DNA of 61,529 nucleotides, filler included, from Squatina squatina (GCA_031763465.1; 3 parts of 3 records of this genome joined end to end with filler, not necessarily neighbours in it); one strand, 5' to 3'; shown: positions 36,005 through 48,169, counted from the whole stretch's first letter. A program made the numbers and translations. Notes: generated from the sequence alone by a model not told the origin.

Positions 36005-39000
36005 GTAAGTAATGCTATGCTTTCTGAAAGGCAGACACCGGTGTGCGCCAGGAAAATTGTTTATTGTAAGTTAACTCGTTTTCATTCCAAGACGACCCAC
36101 CGTTACCGCGGAGCTGGACACTTTTTACCTAAAATAGCAACATTTGTTCATCAGTCACATATAGGTGACCTCCATAACTTAGCATAACCCGAATGCAAAA
36201 TTAAAAAAAAGTGTATAAGGCAAGTACAAATGCGGCATTAGACAGTGGGATCCTGTCAAGTAGAAACTGAATATGCAGCCAACACAGGCTGGCATTCAAT
36301 GAGGCTGATTATACCACTGCTCAGGGATAAATTAGTAGCTAATAAAAGAATTTTCTTGTGGTGCACACCTATTAAATTCCCATATCAGTGAATGTATTTT
36401 TGTGTGTTTGGGGACCGACTTGACAATACACTGAGCCAAAACAGTCTGAGCCTGATTGGTATTTAATGGCGCTTTCCTTCATCAAGCAGGCTCCCAGACA
36501 GCAAAATTGCTATTCTGCTGATTTCAAAGTAAATCTGAAGGATAATTTCGCAGTGCGTCCCTGTCCCTCGCTGTGAAACTGCTACGTTTATTGATAGAAA
36601 CGTTGGAGTTCTTTGCCTTGTATCAGTAAGGCTACAATTTTAGAGTCCTGGCGACTGAGAGGGGAGAGGGGGGGGGAAATCAATTGTTGCAGCTGTATTT
36701 TTAACTTACATTTTCATTAGGCTTCGGATTAGTAATAAACCAATGTCAGGCTACATTATAGAAGTCTAGTAAATAGATATTTAACAAAATGTGCGAGTTT
36801 GCCTTAAGAAAAGCTTTACAATGTAACCCCTTGGATGTACAGTTAGGAACATATCCTCTGCAAAATACACATTGTGCGACTTATCAATAGTGTTGCAAAT
36901 GAAGGAGCTAGTTGTATTCACTAATTTTCAGCAGAAAGTTTGAGTGAATTAGATTTGTTTTTCAGGTAAATTTGGCTAGTTGGGACAACTTCTTTTATGT
37001 GGTTGCTTTGACATAGTTTTGTGATTTATTAATGTTATTTTTAAAACTCGAAGTGTTGCTATTTTTTTCCTAAAATGTCATCGTGTCACTGTATTTTCAT
37101 GAGCTTCCATATTGCACATGAGGACAATATGTCGTATTCTGGCAAAAAGAAACAGATGTCAAAGCAACCACTGCAGATTCTTGTTTCCCCCACCTCTCCC
37201 CCAAGGCAAGTGAACNNNNNNNNNNNNNNNNNNNNNNNNNNNNNNNNNNNNNNNNNNNNNNNNNNNNNNNNNNNNNNNNNNNNNNNNNNNNNNNNNNNNN
37301 NNNNNNNNNNNNNNNGCTCACTGAGCCACTATTCAGGTTTCCCGTTCAGTTACCTGCACTGGCGGTTTGCTCCGTGCTTAAGATCTCGTAGTCCAAGGTT
37401 TTATTTGATCAGATTAAACAGATCCTCCAAAGTACGTATTTAGAAATAATCAGTTTTCAGATTATCATGCACAAGCTGTGCACATGGCAAGATGGAGCTC
37501 ATTACTGCTGAATCTGAGTGATAAAATGGATCTCGAGTGAAAATTGGTGCTGACGAAATTATTCTATTTTATTTACTTTAATGCCACCTTGACAGAAATT
37601 CAAATGTGGAATTGACAATCACTTTCTGCAGTTCAAGGAGAGAAATTCCTAGCATTCCCCCTCTCCTACAGTCTTACAGGTTTAAAACCCACGGTTGGAC
37701 TCACCTAACCACCCCTTCTTGATTTACCTGTACTGTTGTCAATCTCAGGAGGGCCCTGCACATATAAAAGACGTGTAAAAGAACGAACTTGCATTTCTAT
37801 AGCACCTTTCACAACCTCAGGACTTCCTAAAGCGCTTCACAGCCAAGAAGATCTTTTGAAGTGTAGTCACTCTGCTGTAATGTAGGAAATGCGGCAGCCA
37901 ATTTGCGCACAGCAATTTGATAATGACCAGATAAACTGTTTTAATGATGTTGGTTAGGAAAATAGAAAGATAGGAACAGGAGTAGGCCATTCAGCCCNNN
38001 NNNNNNNNNNNNNNNNNNNNNNNNNNNNNNNNNNNNNNNNNNNNNNNNNNNNNNNNNNNNNNNNNNNNNNNNNNNNNNNNNNNNNNNNNNNNNNNNNAGA
38101 TGCAATGTCTTTTTTTTTCACTCGCACACTTCACGACTAACACTTTTATTCCTGTCCGATCCAAGACTGGTTACCTCAGTGTGGAAATTGTTTACTCATC
38201 AAAAGAGTCCTCCATCTTACGATCTGAACTAAAGTCAGTTGGTCCTGACGGGTCACATTAACTGGGGGCAAACCCTACTGTGGCTGAGCATTGCCTCCCC
38301 CTCCCCCCACCACAATATTCGTCACTGGGCCATACACCAATAGCATTTGGTGAGATGAGCAACCCACTCCCATTCTCTGCCACTGGGAGTTAATATATGA
38401 AAGCTTGGAACAAGCAAAAACCCATGTACAGTTTACCCTGCCACGGACCCATGACAGCATCCCGACTGCATGACTGCTCCTCGCTCCCCCTAACGTTGTG
38501 GGAGTCAGTAGCAAAGGGTGTCCTGAGGCATTGGTTTGGAGCAGAGCCTGGGCCTGCGGGAGATCAATCCTCTTCGTCTGTGCTGAATTTGACCCCAGGG
38601 CTAAAAGCAGTCCAGCTCTCTGGTAAATAAATGTTGGATTAATTTAATTATAATAAATCCCCAAATACTAGTTTACTCCATGCAGTGTTTAATCTGGTGC
38701 CCCCTTCACCTTTTGTAGACATGATCACCAATATGGCAACTCCTTCTTCCCCCACCCCGAGCAACAGTGTGCATTTCACATAGCACTTTTAATGTAGTAA
38801 AGCATTCCAAGGCGCATCACAGGAGTGTTCTCAGACAAAAATTTGACACCACGAGGCACATGAGACATTAGGACAGGCTTGGTTTTAAGGAGCGTCTTAA
38901 AGGAGAAGAGAGAGATAGAGAGATGCAGAGATTTAGGGAGGGAATTCCAAACCTTGGGGCCTTGGCAGCTGAAGGCACGGCCATCAATGGTGGATCCTAC

Positions 39001-39554
39001 AAAGCTTTGCAGTTTGTAGTTAAATTGAAGTGTCTCTGGATGAAGGTAGTTGAGGGTCATTGCCATATCTTCCTCTTCTCCAATTCTTGGCCCCAAAGCC
39101 ACACACCCAGTGCAACTGAGGTGAGCACATTGGGTTTCAGAAAGCAGAGGCATTGGTGATGAAAACTGAAATTTTGAGGAATATATTTCGAGGGACAGTG
39201 ATCAGGAAATATGACTCTTTTTTACACTTTCTAACTGTGTCTTTACTTCATTTTTCTGTGCTAACTTTTAAGTCTTGTTAATTGCATCCTTGTGGCTCAG
39301 AAAAAAATCCCNNNNNNNNNNTTCAGATATTTTATCTCCGCTGTTTGGGACGATTAAAGCTTCGGCTCAGGTGAGAAGACTCCAGTCCGGTACAATGCGT
39401 GTGGGTCTCGCAGGGTGGGGTCGGGCTGAGGTCACACACACTGGGAAAAGAAGCTGGGGCTGTTCTCCTTAGAGCAGGGAAGATTAAGGGGAGATTTAAT
39501 AGAGGTGTTCAAAATCATGAAGGATTTTGATAGAGTAAGTAAGGAGAAACTCTT

Positions 39555-39691
39555 GCCTGGATGAGTGCAACTCCAACAACACTCAAGAAGCTCGGCACCA
39601 TCCAGGACAAAGCAGTTTGCTTGATTGGCACCCTTTCCACCACCAAAAACATCAATTCCTTCAACCACTGGTGCACTGTGGCTGCAGTGAG
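39555..39691 (+). mobile_element. LINE RT C-terminal fragment (probably the same family as 46720-47400)
   Basis: WMSATPTTLKKLGTIQDKAVCLIG..INSFNHWCTVAAV. Confidence 0.65.
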
Positions 39692-41090
39692 NNNNNNNNN
39701 NNNNNNNNNNNNNNNNNNNNNNNNNNNNNNNNNNNNNNNNNNNNNNNNNNNNNNNNNNNNNNNNNNNNNNNNNNNNNNNNNNNNNNNNNNNGAAGTTTTT
39801 TCTTTAAATCATTCTTGCTGCAGAGTTTATCTCATTGGCTCCACTCCCGGCCGTCACCAAGGTAACGAAAAGCAAAAATGGGGTCACTTAAAACTCCGAA
39901 AGGTATGTAAATCTGACTTTGCCTTCACGCAAATGAAAGGGAACTATTCTCCTGTAGAAAACATCTTTGCAAGCTTGTATAATGATACTTATTAAAACCT
40001 GAAGCATCTGGCATTGAATAGAATTAAAGGTGGCAGAGATTTGCCGTGACATTTTAAACAAGTAATTATATTTCATAAGTAATCACTACACTGTTGATTC
40101 CTAAACTATGGTAACATGTTCAGCAAATTCGTCAGCACAGTGCTACCACGATACTTCACAGTCATTTAATGCAGCTTTCCAGATGAGTGCCCATTCACTG
40201 TTTAACAAGAGCGAGAAATATCCTGTGACAACCTGTTGGCTCGGTCAAAGCCCTGGATGTCCCTCACGAATAGCACTGTGGGAGTACCTTCACCACACGG
40301 ACTGCAGCCACCACCTTCTCGAGGGCAACTAGGGATGGGCAATAAATGCCGGCATTGCCAGCGACGCCCACGTCCTGCGAATGAATTTGAATTTTTTTTT
40401 TAGTAAGTGTTCTTGTGAACACTGTCTACCCTTCCTTCCTCCCCTCCCTCCCCCACCACCCTCCCCACACTCCCCCAATACTCTCAGTTGATCATTACGC
40501 CTTTCAGTGTGTCTCAGGTTACAAACTGGATCATAGCCTGACTTTTGGAGAATAAGGATGTCGAGCAATGCAGAATGAGGTTAATTGGCCATTGAGCTCG
40601 CTCCCTCCAGTCCATCCAGGGTTGTTCTAGTGGGCTATCAGGCTTTCCTCTTACACCACCTGCTGAGCTCCTACTCCAAGGAAAGCTAAAGGCACCTTTA
40701 CGCTTGCTGTTTATCCGATTCCAATTTTGAAAGTTACTATTGAGGCAGTGTATTCCGGATAACAACTGGCCGTCTAATTTTTTTTATCTCCTCATCTTCC
40801 CTCTGGTTCTTTTACAAATTATCTTAAATCTGCCCCCTCTGACAGACCGATCTGCCACTGTAAACAGTTCCTCCCTATGTACTCTTATCAAAACCTATCA
40901 TGATTTTGAATGCCTTTATTAAAGCTCCCCTTAACCTTCTCTGCTCTAAGAACAATCCCAACTTCTCCGTTCTCTCCATGGGAGAGACTNNNNNNNNNNN
41001 NNNNNNNNNNNNNNNNNNNNNNNNNNNNNNNNNNNNNNNNNNNNNNNNNNNNNNNNNNNNNNNNNNNNNNNNNNNNNNNNNNNNNNNNNG

Positions 41091-41837
41091 AGGCAGCTAA
41101 GGCGCCGTGGAGTGCTGCCCCACAAGAACTGCCGGAACTCCGGCAACATGGGCGAGGTGGACAGCCTGGCAGGGTGGAAGCCCTCCGTCTATTACGTCAT
41201 GTTGATCCTGGGCCTGGCCGCAATTGCAATCTCTTGCTGTGCCTCAGCCATGTACACTCCTGTCGAAGGGTGGAGCTATATGGACTCCATCTACTTTTGC
41301 TTTGTGGCTTTTAGCACCATAGGTTTTGGTGATCTGGTGAGCAGCCAGAACATGAGGTACGACTACCAGGGTTTCTACCGGTTTGGCAACTTTCTGTTCA
41401 TCCTGATGGGGGTGTGTTGTATTTATTCTCTGTTTAATGTTATATCCATAGTCATAAAGCAGTTCCTCAACTGGAGCTTGAAGAGGTTGGAATGCAGGTG
41501 TTGCCGTAGGTGCCAAAGGAAACTGTTCAGGTCGGGGAGGAACGCCGTGGTTCCCGGCGTGACCCGCGCCAGGCGGAAGATCTCCATCGAGACGGACGGC
41601 TTCAACGAGAGCGAGGTGGTGGACGGGCGAAGGCTGTCCGGCGAGATGATCTCCATGAGGGACTTCTTGGCCACCAACAAAGTCTCGCTGGCCATCATGC
41701 AGAAGCAGTTGTTGGAGACGGCCAACGGCCGTCCGAGGGTGACCGGCCCAGGTTCCCGGCACAACGGCTTCTCCGACGGAGTGGGGGCTCTGGCCATCAT
41801 GAACAATAGGCTGGCGGAAACCAGCGTGGACAGATGA
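41091..41837 (+). CDS. KCNK13: Two-pore-domain K+ channel, THIK subfamily, KCNK13-like; 3' part of last exon (5' end lies in the gap)
   Basis: P2 filter STIGFGD, WKPSVYYVML, FCFVAF, ISIETDG, RRLSGEMISM and MNNRLAETSVDR*. Diagnostic residues fit KCNK13 better than KCNK12; orthology versus paralogy is unresolved. Confidence 0.9.
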   Translation, partial: RQLRRRGVLPHKNCRNSGNMGEVDSLAGWKPSVYYVMLILGLAAIAISCCASAMYTPVEGWSYMDSIYFCFVAFSTIGFGDLVSSQNMRYDYQGFYRFGNFLFILMGVCCIYSLFNVISIVIKQFLNWSLKRLECRCCRRCQRKLFRSGRNAVVPGVTRARRKISIETDGFNESEVVDGRRLSGEMISMRDFLATNKVSLAIMQKQLLETANGRPRVTGPGSRHNGFSDGVGALAIMNNRLAETSVDR

Positions 41838-42784
41838 ACATTTGGGGTGGTGGCGGCGATCGGACACAGCAATGTCAATCCAATTGCAACTCTCAATTAA
41901 GCCTTAATGACTGCTGTACTTTTTATATTTAAAAAAATTAAATACTCCTGGATGGTTCTGTTTGATGGTTAACTTTGATCATTGCTCCCATCCCCGCCCT
42001 TGAACATTGACCTAGTACTGGCGAGGCGCCTTGTGAAGGGAGGGGGGGAAGGGGTAGCTGTTGCTCAGGCAACCAGCTGCAGAATTCCAGAGCCAGTAAT
42101 ATGTAACGCTCCCTCTGATGTATATTTTGACATGAGAGGCGGGATCCTGAGTTCCCCTTGACTGCTCCAAAGTGAGTGTATAAACTGACCGCTGTCATAC
42201 TGAGCCACATGCACCCGGTAGGTCCGAGGGTCAACGCCCGGTTCTGTGCTGAGTTGGGAATGGTACCTTCTCGGTCAAGAGTCCCAATCCCTGATAGCTC
42301 TGCACTGAGCCCTGCTGCAAAATGCGAGTGGGTGGGTGAGGTCGACATTGACTCCTGGGCGACCGGCCGACCGAGCGTGCCAGCTGCTCTCCCGTACCTG
42401 CGGGCGAACAGGCGGACCTTGTTTTGAGGCGCGGCTCGTTAACATTGGGCATGGCGGGCTACAGGGGTCCCCAAACAGGTGTCCCGATGCAGCTTGTTGG
42501 ACTGAAGCCTCCCAAAGTCGAGCCAACATGGCCACCAACAATGTAAGAGCGGCAGGGTAGGGAGCAAGGGGGAAGAAAGGGTTGCCAGCTCTGGTTGGAC
42601 GTATTGCAGAAGGTTTCACCACATGATCTCCTGTCTGAAATCGTCCCACCCCCACTATCCTACCATTGGTCGCCCAACATCCCATACTCGTGGCGGCCTT
42701 CCCACGGCCAATGGGAAAGCAAACAAACTCTTCGTCAAGAATCACACAATCGGGTAATGGTCAGTCAAACAACCTTTTGTCCCC

Positions 42785-42995
42785 ACGCGTGCATGCGCGT
42801 CTGCACGTGTGCGTGTGTGTGCATGCGTGTGTATGTGTGCGTGTATGTGTGTATGTCTGCATGCGTGCGCATTTGTGTGTATGTGTGCGGTGTGTGTGTG
42901 CATGCGTGTGTGCATGCTTGTGTGTGTGTGTGTGTGAATGCAGGCGTGTGTGTGCATACGTGTGTGTGCATGCATGTGTGTGAATGCATGCGTGG
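42785..42995. repeat. Degenerate (TG)n/(TGCA)n alternating purine-pyrimidine microsatellite
   Basis: Seen directly in the sequence. Confidence 0.95.
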
Positions 42996-44295
42996 ATGTT
43001 TGGTCAGGACAGGACTAAGCTGGCTCTTATAATCCCACCCAGCAAANNNNNNNNNNNNNNNNNNNNNNNNNNNNNNNNNNNNNNNNNNNNNNNNNNNNNN
43101 NNNNNNNNNNNNNNNNNNNNNNNNNNNNNNNNNNNNNNNNNNNNNNTGGAACATCTTCAAGAAATGGACATTGTAGCAAAGATGAAGACATTGTAAAAGC
43201 TACAACATATTGGCAAGAAAGGGAATAGTTTTCAGAAATAATCTATTGTAAATAATTGTTTTAATTAAGTCTGCAGTTGTGAGATAACCTGTACATAGAA
43301 CATGTTTGCACGTCAAGTTTTAATATTAATTAAGTAACCATTACAATTGGCATTTTAAGGTAGTTTTTTTTTCCAGTCACTTGGAAACATTCCTCATCAA
43401 CGTTTATTAAAAAAAAGCCAATAATTGTTCTGTTTCCATAGAACTGGTTACATAAGCAACATGTACCAGGCATGCCAACTCATATTATATTTATCTTCTT
43501 CAAAGGTCATTTTCTGGCTGTGATGTAAAGGGAAGTCCTCAGTAATTAAATGCTGGCGAGTCCCTGATAACGTTCTCAGCTCAGTTCATTCCTTGTCTGC
43601 TCACTACAGAGCATCATTAGTTCCTTTGAATTCACCTCCAGTCACCTCTGTTAAAANNNNNNNNNNNNNNNNNNNNNNNNNNNNNNNNNNNNNNNNNNNN
43701 NNNNNNNNNNNNNNNNNNNNNNNNNNNNNNNNNNNNNNNNNNNNNNNNNNNNNNNNCTGTGTGAAGTTATTAAATCTAAATAAACTGCCTGTTCACCTTC
43801 CGTCTTAAGAACATCAGAATTAGGAGCAGGAGTGGGCCATATGGCCCCTCGAGCCTGCTCCGCCATTAAATAAGATCACGGCTGATCTTCGACCTCAACT
43901 CCACTTTCCCTCCCGATCCCAATATCCCTAATTCCTCTGGAGTCCAAAAATCTGTCTATCTCTGCCTTGAATATATGCAACGACTGAGCCTTCACAGCTC
44001 TCCAGGATAGAGAATTTGAAAGATTCACAACCCTCTGAGTGAAGAAGCTTCTCCTCATCCCAGTCCTAAGTGGCTGACCCCTTATCCTGAGACTGTGACT
44101 CCCTGGTTCTCGACTCCCCAGCCAGGGGAAACATTCTCCCAGCATCTAACCTGCCAATCTTCTGAGCTTGTGACTATGGCCATGAATAACCAAAGGAAAC
44201 AGACCAGCAGCGCGTCGGGAATCGGTAAGGAATGGTTTACCCGAGACTAACTGCTTGCATAGGATTGAGATGTGGTTGAGTGCGATCGTACTTAC

Positions 44296-44478
44296 AAACA
44301 CCGCAATCCCGGTCAGAATAGCCAGGGCAATGATGATGATGATGGCAGCAAAACCAGGCGAAATGGTCTTCATGTTGATCCGAGGAGGCTCGTTGTCGAA
44401 GAACCAAACTTGTACCGACTCCCTCTCGACCTGCAGGCTCTTTCCATCTACTTCCAGGGTGAATTTGTTCATCTTCAG
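44296..44478 (-). CDS. EpCAM/TROP2-like exon (juxtamembrane and transmembrane)
   Basis: ccttgcag|LKMNKFTLEVDGKSLQVERESVQVWFFDNEPPRINMKTISPGFAAIIIIIALAILTGIAVF|gtaagt; compare EPCAM exon 7 ..[46 protein letters not shown]. Confidence 0.85.
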
Positions 44479-44951
44479 CTGCAAGGTGAAGACTTTGTTG
44501 AGAACAGCACAAGAGAAACTAGTCGGGAGATTCACTTTGACACCGTAAGCTAACTTAAATCAGTCGGGCAAACTTGGGTCTGAAGCCAAAAAGGTCAACT
44601 CAAGTTAGATTCAAAAAGAAAAGATGGAACTTGCATTTCTATATCCCCTTTCACGATCTCAGAACGTCCCAAANNNNNNNNNNNNNNNNNNNNNNNNNNN
44701 NNNNNNNNNNNNNNNNNNNNNNNNNNNNNNNNNNNNNNNNNNNNNNNNNNNNNNNNNNNNNNNNNNNNNNNNNGGGCTCAAGTACCTCAGTGCGGTGCAA
44801 GGGCACGCTCCACTCTGGCCGGCCGTGTGCCACGCCAGGCGGTGCCTTCAACCACTTGAGCCATCGGGGGGAGCAGCAGGGGGAAGAGCCATCAGTCCGC
44901 TCTCCGGAGAGAATAGTCGAGTTAACCTGAAGGTGACAGAATAAAACTCAC

Positions 44952-45192
44952 TGGACTCGCACAAGCTGGTCACACTTGGGATCGTCCCCGGTCTTGTCGG
45001 TGACCCTGACCCCTGCACTATCCACACACCAGCAGAGATTGGAGTCATCGTCGCACTGTTTGGCTTTAAAGGTGCCGTTCTTCTCACACTCGGGGTCGTA
45101 CAGATCGTCCACTCTCCCACCCCCCGGCTGGCTGCTGGCCGTTCGGCTCTTGTGAAGCATCTCCAGGTGCAACAGCCGGCATTTCGGCGTCA
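44952..45192 (-). CDS. EpCAM/TROP2-like exon (thyroglobulin type-1 domain)
   Basis: tttcag|(L)TPKCRLLHLEM..DLYDPECEKNGTFKAKQCDDDSNLCWCVDSAGVRVTDK..CDQLVRV|gtgagt. 241 nt, with the same boundaries as EPCAM exon 3 as recalled. Confidence 0.9.
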
Positions 45193-45719
45193 CTGAAATA
45201 ATTCAAAAGAACCAGTGCATGAAAAGTGAATTTATGCACAATATATTGTGCTATACATAACAAACACTTTAAAATACACTGCATATTATAAACACTACAA
45301 ATTACATTATGTATTATACACAATAAAATTAGACTGCACATAATACTGTATACACTATAAGAACATAAGAAATAGGTGAGGAGTAGGCCATTCGGCCCCT
45401 CAAGCCTTCAACAAGATCATAGCTGATCTTCAACCTCAACTCCATTTTCCTGCACTATTCCCATATCCCTTGATGCCTTTTATATCTAGAAATCTATCGA
45501 TCTCTGTTTTGAATGTACTCAAGGACTGAGCCTCCACAGCCTTCTGGGGTAGAGAATTTCAAAGACTCACCACCCTCTCAATGAAGAAATTTCTCCTCAT
45601 CTCAGTCCTAAATGGCCTACCCCTTATTCTGAGACTGAGACCGCTGGTTCTACACACACCCCCAGTCAGGGGAAACATCCACCTTGCATCTACCCAATCG
45701 AAGCCTGTAAGAATTTTGT

Positions 45720-46050
45720 ATGTTTTACTATATCACACTGCAATAAATATTTAGTAATCATTTATAGCATATACAATACATACAATATAACATTATATAT
45801 CATATACTTTCTTGTGCATATATATGTAGTTTAATTTATAGTGTATGTCGTATTATATATGCTATAAATTATAATATCATATGAACTAAATTATATAGTC
45901 TATATTATATACACTATAACCTATATTGTATATATTATGTATTCTGCAAATTATTCTATATACACTACATGCACTATAAAGTATATTATATATATATCAC
46001 ATGCGCTATGCTGTACATGTTACACACTAGAAATTCTATATATTTTTAAT
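45720..46050. repeat. AT-rich degenerate (TA)n low-complexity tract
   Basis: Seen directly in the sequence. Confidence 0.8.
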
Positions 46051-46180
46051 TATTTATTCATGGGATGTGGGCGTTGCTGGCAAGGCCGGCATTTACTGCC
46101 CATCCCTAATTGGCCTTGAGAAGGTGGTGGTGAGCCGCCTTCTGGAACCGCTGCAGTCCGTTCAGAAGGCTTACACTCAC

Positions 46181-46426
46181 CCTTACAATCCTCGTGAGAT
46201 CATTAAAATTTTTTCTGCATTGATACGGGGTCCTTGGAGTCACATCAGTGGCTTCCATTTCCTCTGACACTTCTGCCCAACCTCTGTGAATCATTCTGGC
46301 TGATCTCCTTTTCCCAGCCACAGGGAACAGCATAGCAGCACTTCTCTCCACTGCCACAACAAGCGCCTGCAGGGCAGCCTCTGTGAAACGAGGTGCCCTC
46401 ACCCTTGGTCGATTAGCAGCCTCCAT
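46181..46426 (-). mobile_element. Myb/SANT-like DNA-binding ORF exon of PIF/Harbinger type (NAIF1/MSANTD-like)
   Basis: MEAANRPRVRAPRFTEAALQALVVAVERSAAMLF..RGWAEVSEEM..PRTPYQCRKNFNDLTRIVR|gtgagt shows the RAPRF..W..R...QCRKxxNDL signature. Confidence 0.75.
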
Positions 46427-46469
46427 TATGCAGCATTGAACAAAATCTATGTCAAGATCAGAAAAAAAC

Positions 46470-46618
46470 CTCCAAGACCCCTCCATTCCATTCTCCCAGT
46501 TCCTCCGTCTCCGTCGCATCTGTTCTGATGATGCCACCTTGCAAACCAGCGCTTCCGACATGTCTTCCTTTTTCCTCAACCGAGGATTCCCCTCTACCGT
46601 GGTGGACATGGCCCTCGA
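46470..46618 (+). mobile_element. Penelope-like element RT C-terminal fragment
   Basis: SIPFSQFLRLRRICSDDATLQTSASDMSSFFLNRGFPSTVVD. Confidence 0.85.
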
Positions 46619-46719
46619 NNNNNNNNNNNNNNNNNNNNNNNNNNNNNNNNNNNNNNNNNNNNNNNNNNNNNNNNNNNNNNNNNNNNNNNNNNNNNNNNNN
46701 NNNNNNNNNNNNNNNNNNT

Positions 46720-47400
46720 AGCAATTCTCACCTCTCCTCTGGCATTCAGCTCTTGTGTGTCCATGTCTGGATCAGGTCTGGAGTGGGTCAGACGGAACCC
46801 AGACTGAGCATCGATCATCAGGTTATTGGTGAGCAGCTATTGCTTGACGGCACTATTGATGATGCCTTCCATGATTTTACTGACAATTGGAACGAAGATG
46901 ATAGGGCACTGACTGGCTGGCTTAGATTTACTTTGAATAGGACATACCTGGGCAATCTTGGATATTGGTAGGCAGTTGCCAATGGTATGCCTGTGCTGCA
47001 ATAGCTTGGCTAGGGGAGCGGGTGGCTCTGGCGCACAGGTCTTTAGCACAACAGCTGGGATGGGCTCATGTGTCCAGTGCACTCAACTACTTAATGTCAC
47101 TTGGAATAAACTGAATTGGCTAAACACCAGCATCTATGCTGTTGGGGGTCTCGGGAAGAGGTCAAGTCGAATTGTTCCCTAAGCACTTTTGGCTGAAAAT
47201 GCCTGCAAATAGGAAGTTTCCTTGGCTTTGTTTGACCTGATGCTATGAGACTTAATGGAGTCTGCAGTTGATGTTGAAGATTTCCAAGACCACTGTACAT
47301 CTGTGTGCCTCCAACGTTGATGGGTCTGTCCTGCTGACAGATCAGGACATACCCAGGGATGATGATGGAGAAGTCTGGGATGGAGAATAATAGATATGCT
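46720..47400 (-). mobile_element. Degenerate LINE (endonuclease and RT fragments, CR1/L2/Jockey group)
   Basis: IPGYVLICQQDRP..GGT (endonuclease), IPAVVLKTCAPE..PLAKL..KIAQVCP..IVSKIMEGII and IDAQSGFR (RT). Confidence 0.8.
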
Positions 47401-48069
47401 TTCAAAATCTTGCATAGCTGCAGCCCAACTTTTGATCCAGCCCTACATCTCAGCTCACACCCTGCAGTCTTCCAAATTCAGCCGACTCCATCACTCGCTT
47501 CTGCCAGACCTTTAACCTTCAAGGCCCGACACTCTGCAATTCTATTGCTAAATATCTCTATACTTTGCAACATCTCCCAGCACCTTCAAAAATCTCAAAA
47601 CTTACCTCTCTGTACCTACCTTCGGTCAGCTCCTTTACATTTGGAAATCCTGTTGTGAATCCCAAGCCTCCTTACGTGAAGCACCTGAGGGCATTTAGAA
47701 TCACAGAATCCTAACGTACGAAAGGAAGCCATTTGACCCATCATGCCGATGCTGGCTCTTTGAAAGAGCTATCCAGTTTAGTCACACTCCCCTGCTCTTT
47801 CCCCATAACCCTGAAAATGTTTCCTTTTCAAGTATATGTCCAAATTTCTTTTGAAAGTTGCGATTGAACCTGCTTCCACTGCCCTTTCAGACAGTGAATT
47901 CCAGATCATAACAAATTGTTGTGTAAAATAACTCCTCCCCATTTCCACTCTGGTTCTTCTGCCAATTATCCTAAATCTGCGTCTTCTGGTTGCCGTCTCT
48001 CCAGCCAGTGGGAACAGTTTCTTCTTATTTACTTAATTAAAATCCTTCATAAACACGTCTGTTAAATCT

Positions 48070-48169
48070 NNNNNNNNNNNNNNNNNNNNNNNNNNNNNNN
48101 NNNNNNNNNNNNNTTAATTAATTAANNNNNNNNNNNNNNNNNNNNNNNNNNNNNNNNNNNNNNNNNNNN
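48070..48169. other. Artificial scaffold linker N44-TTAATTAATTAA-N44
   Basis: Identical to the linker at 27637-27736. Confidence 0.95.

Noticed and set aside
41244-41896. 207-aa and 157-aa antisense ORFs
   Set aside because: They are shadows of the GC-rich KCNK13-like coding exon.
42595-43160. Cys/Val- and His/Thr-rich ORFs
   Set aside because: They are translations of the (TG)n microsatellite.
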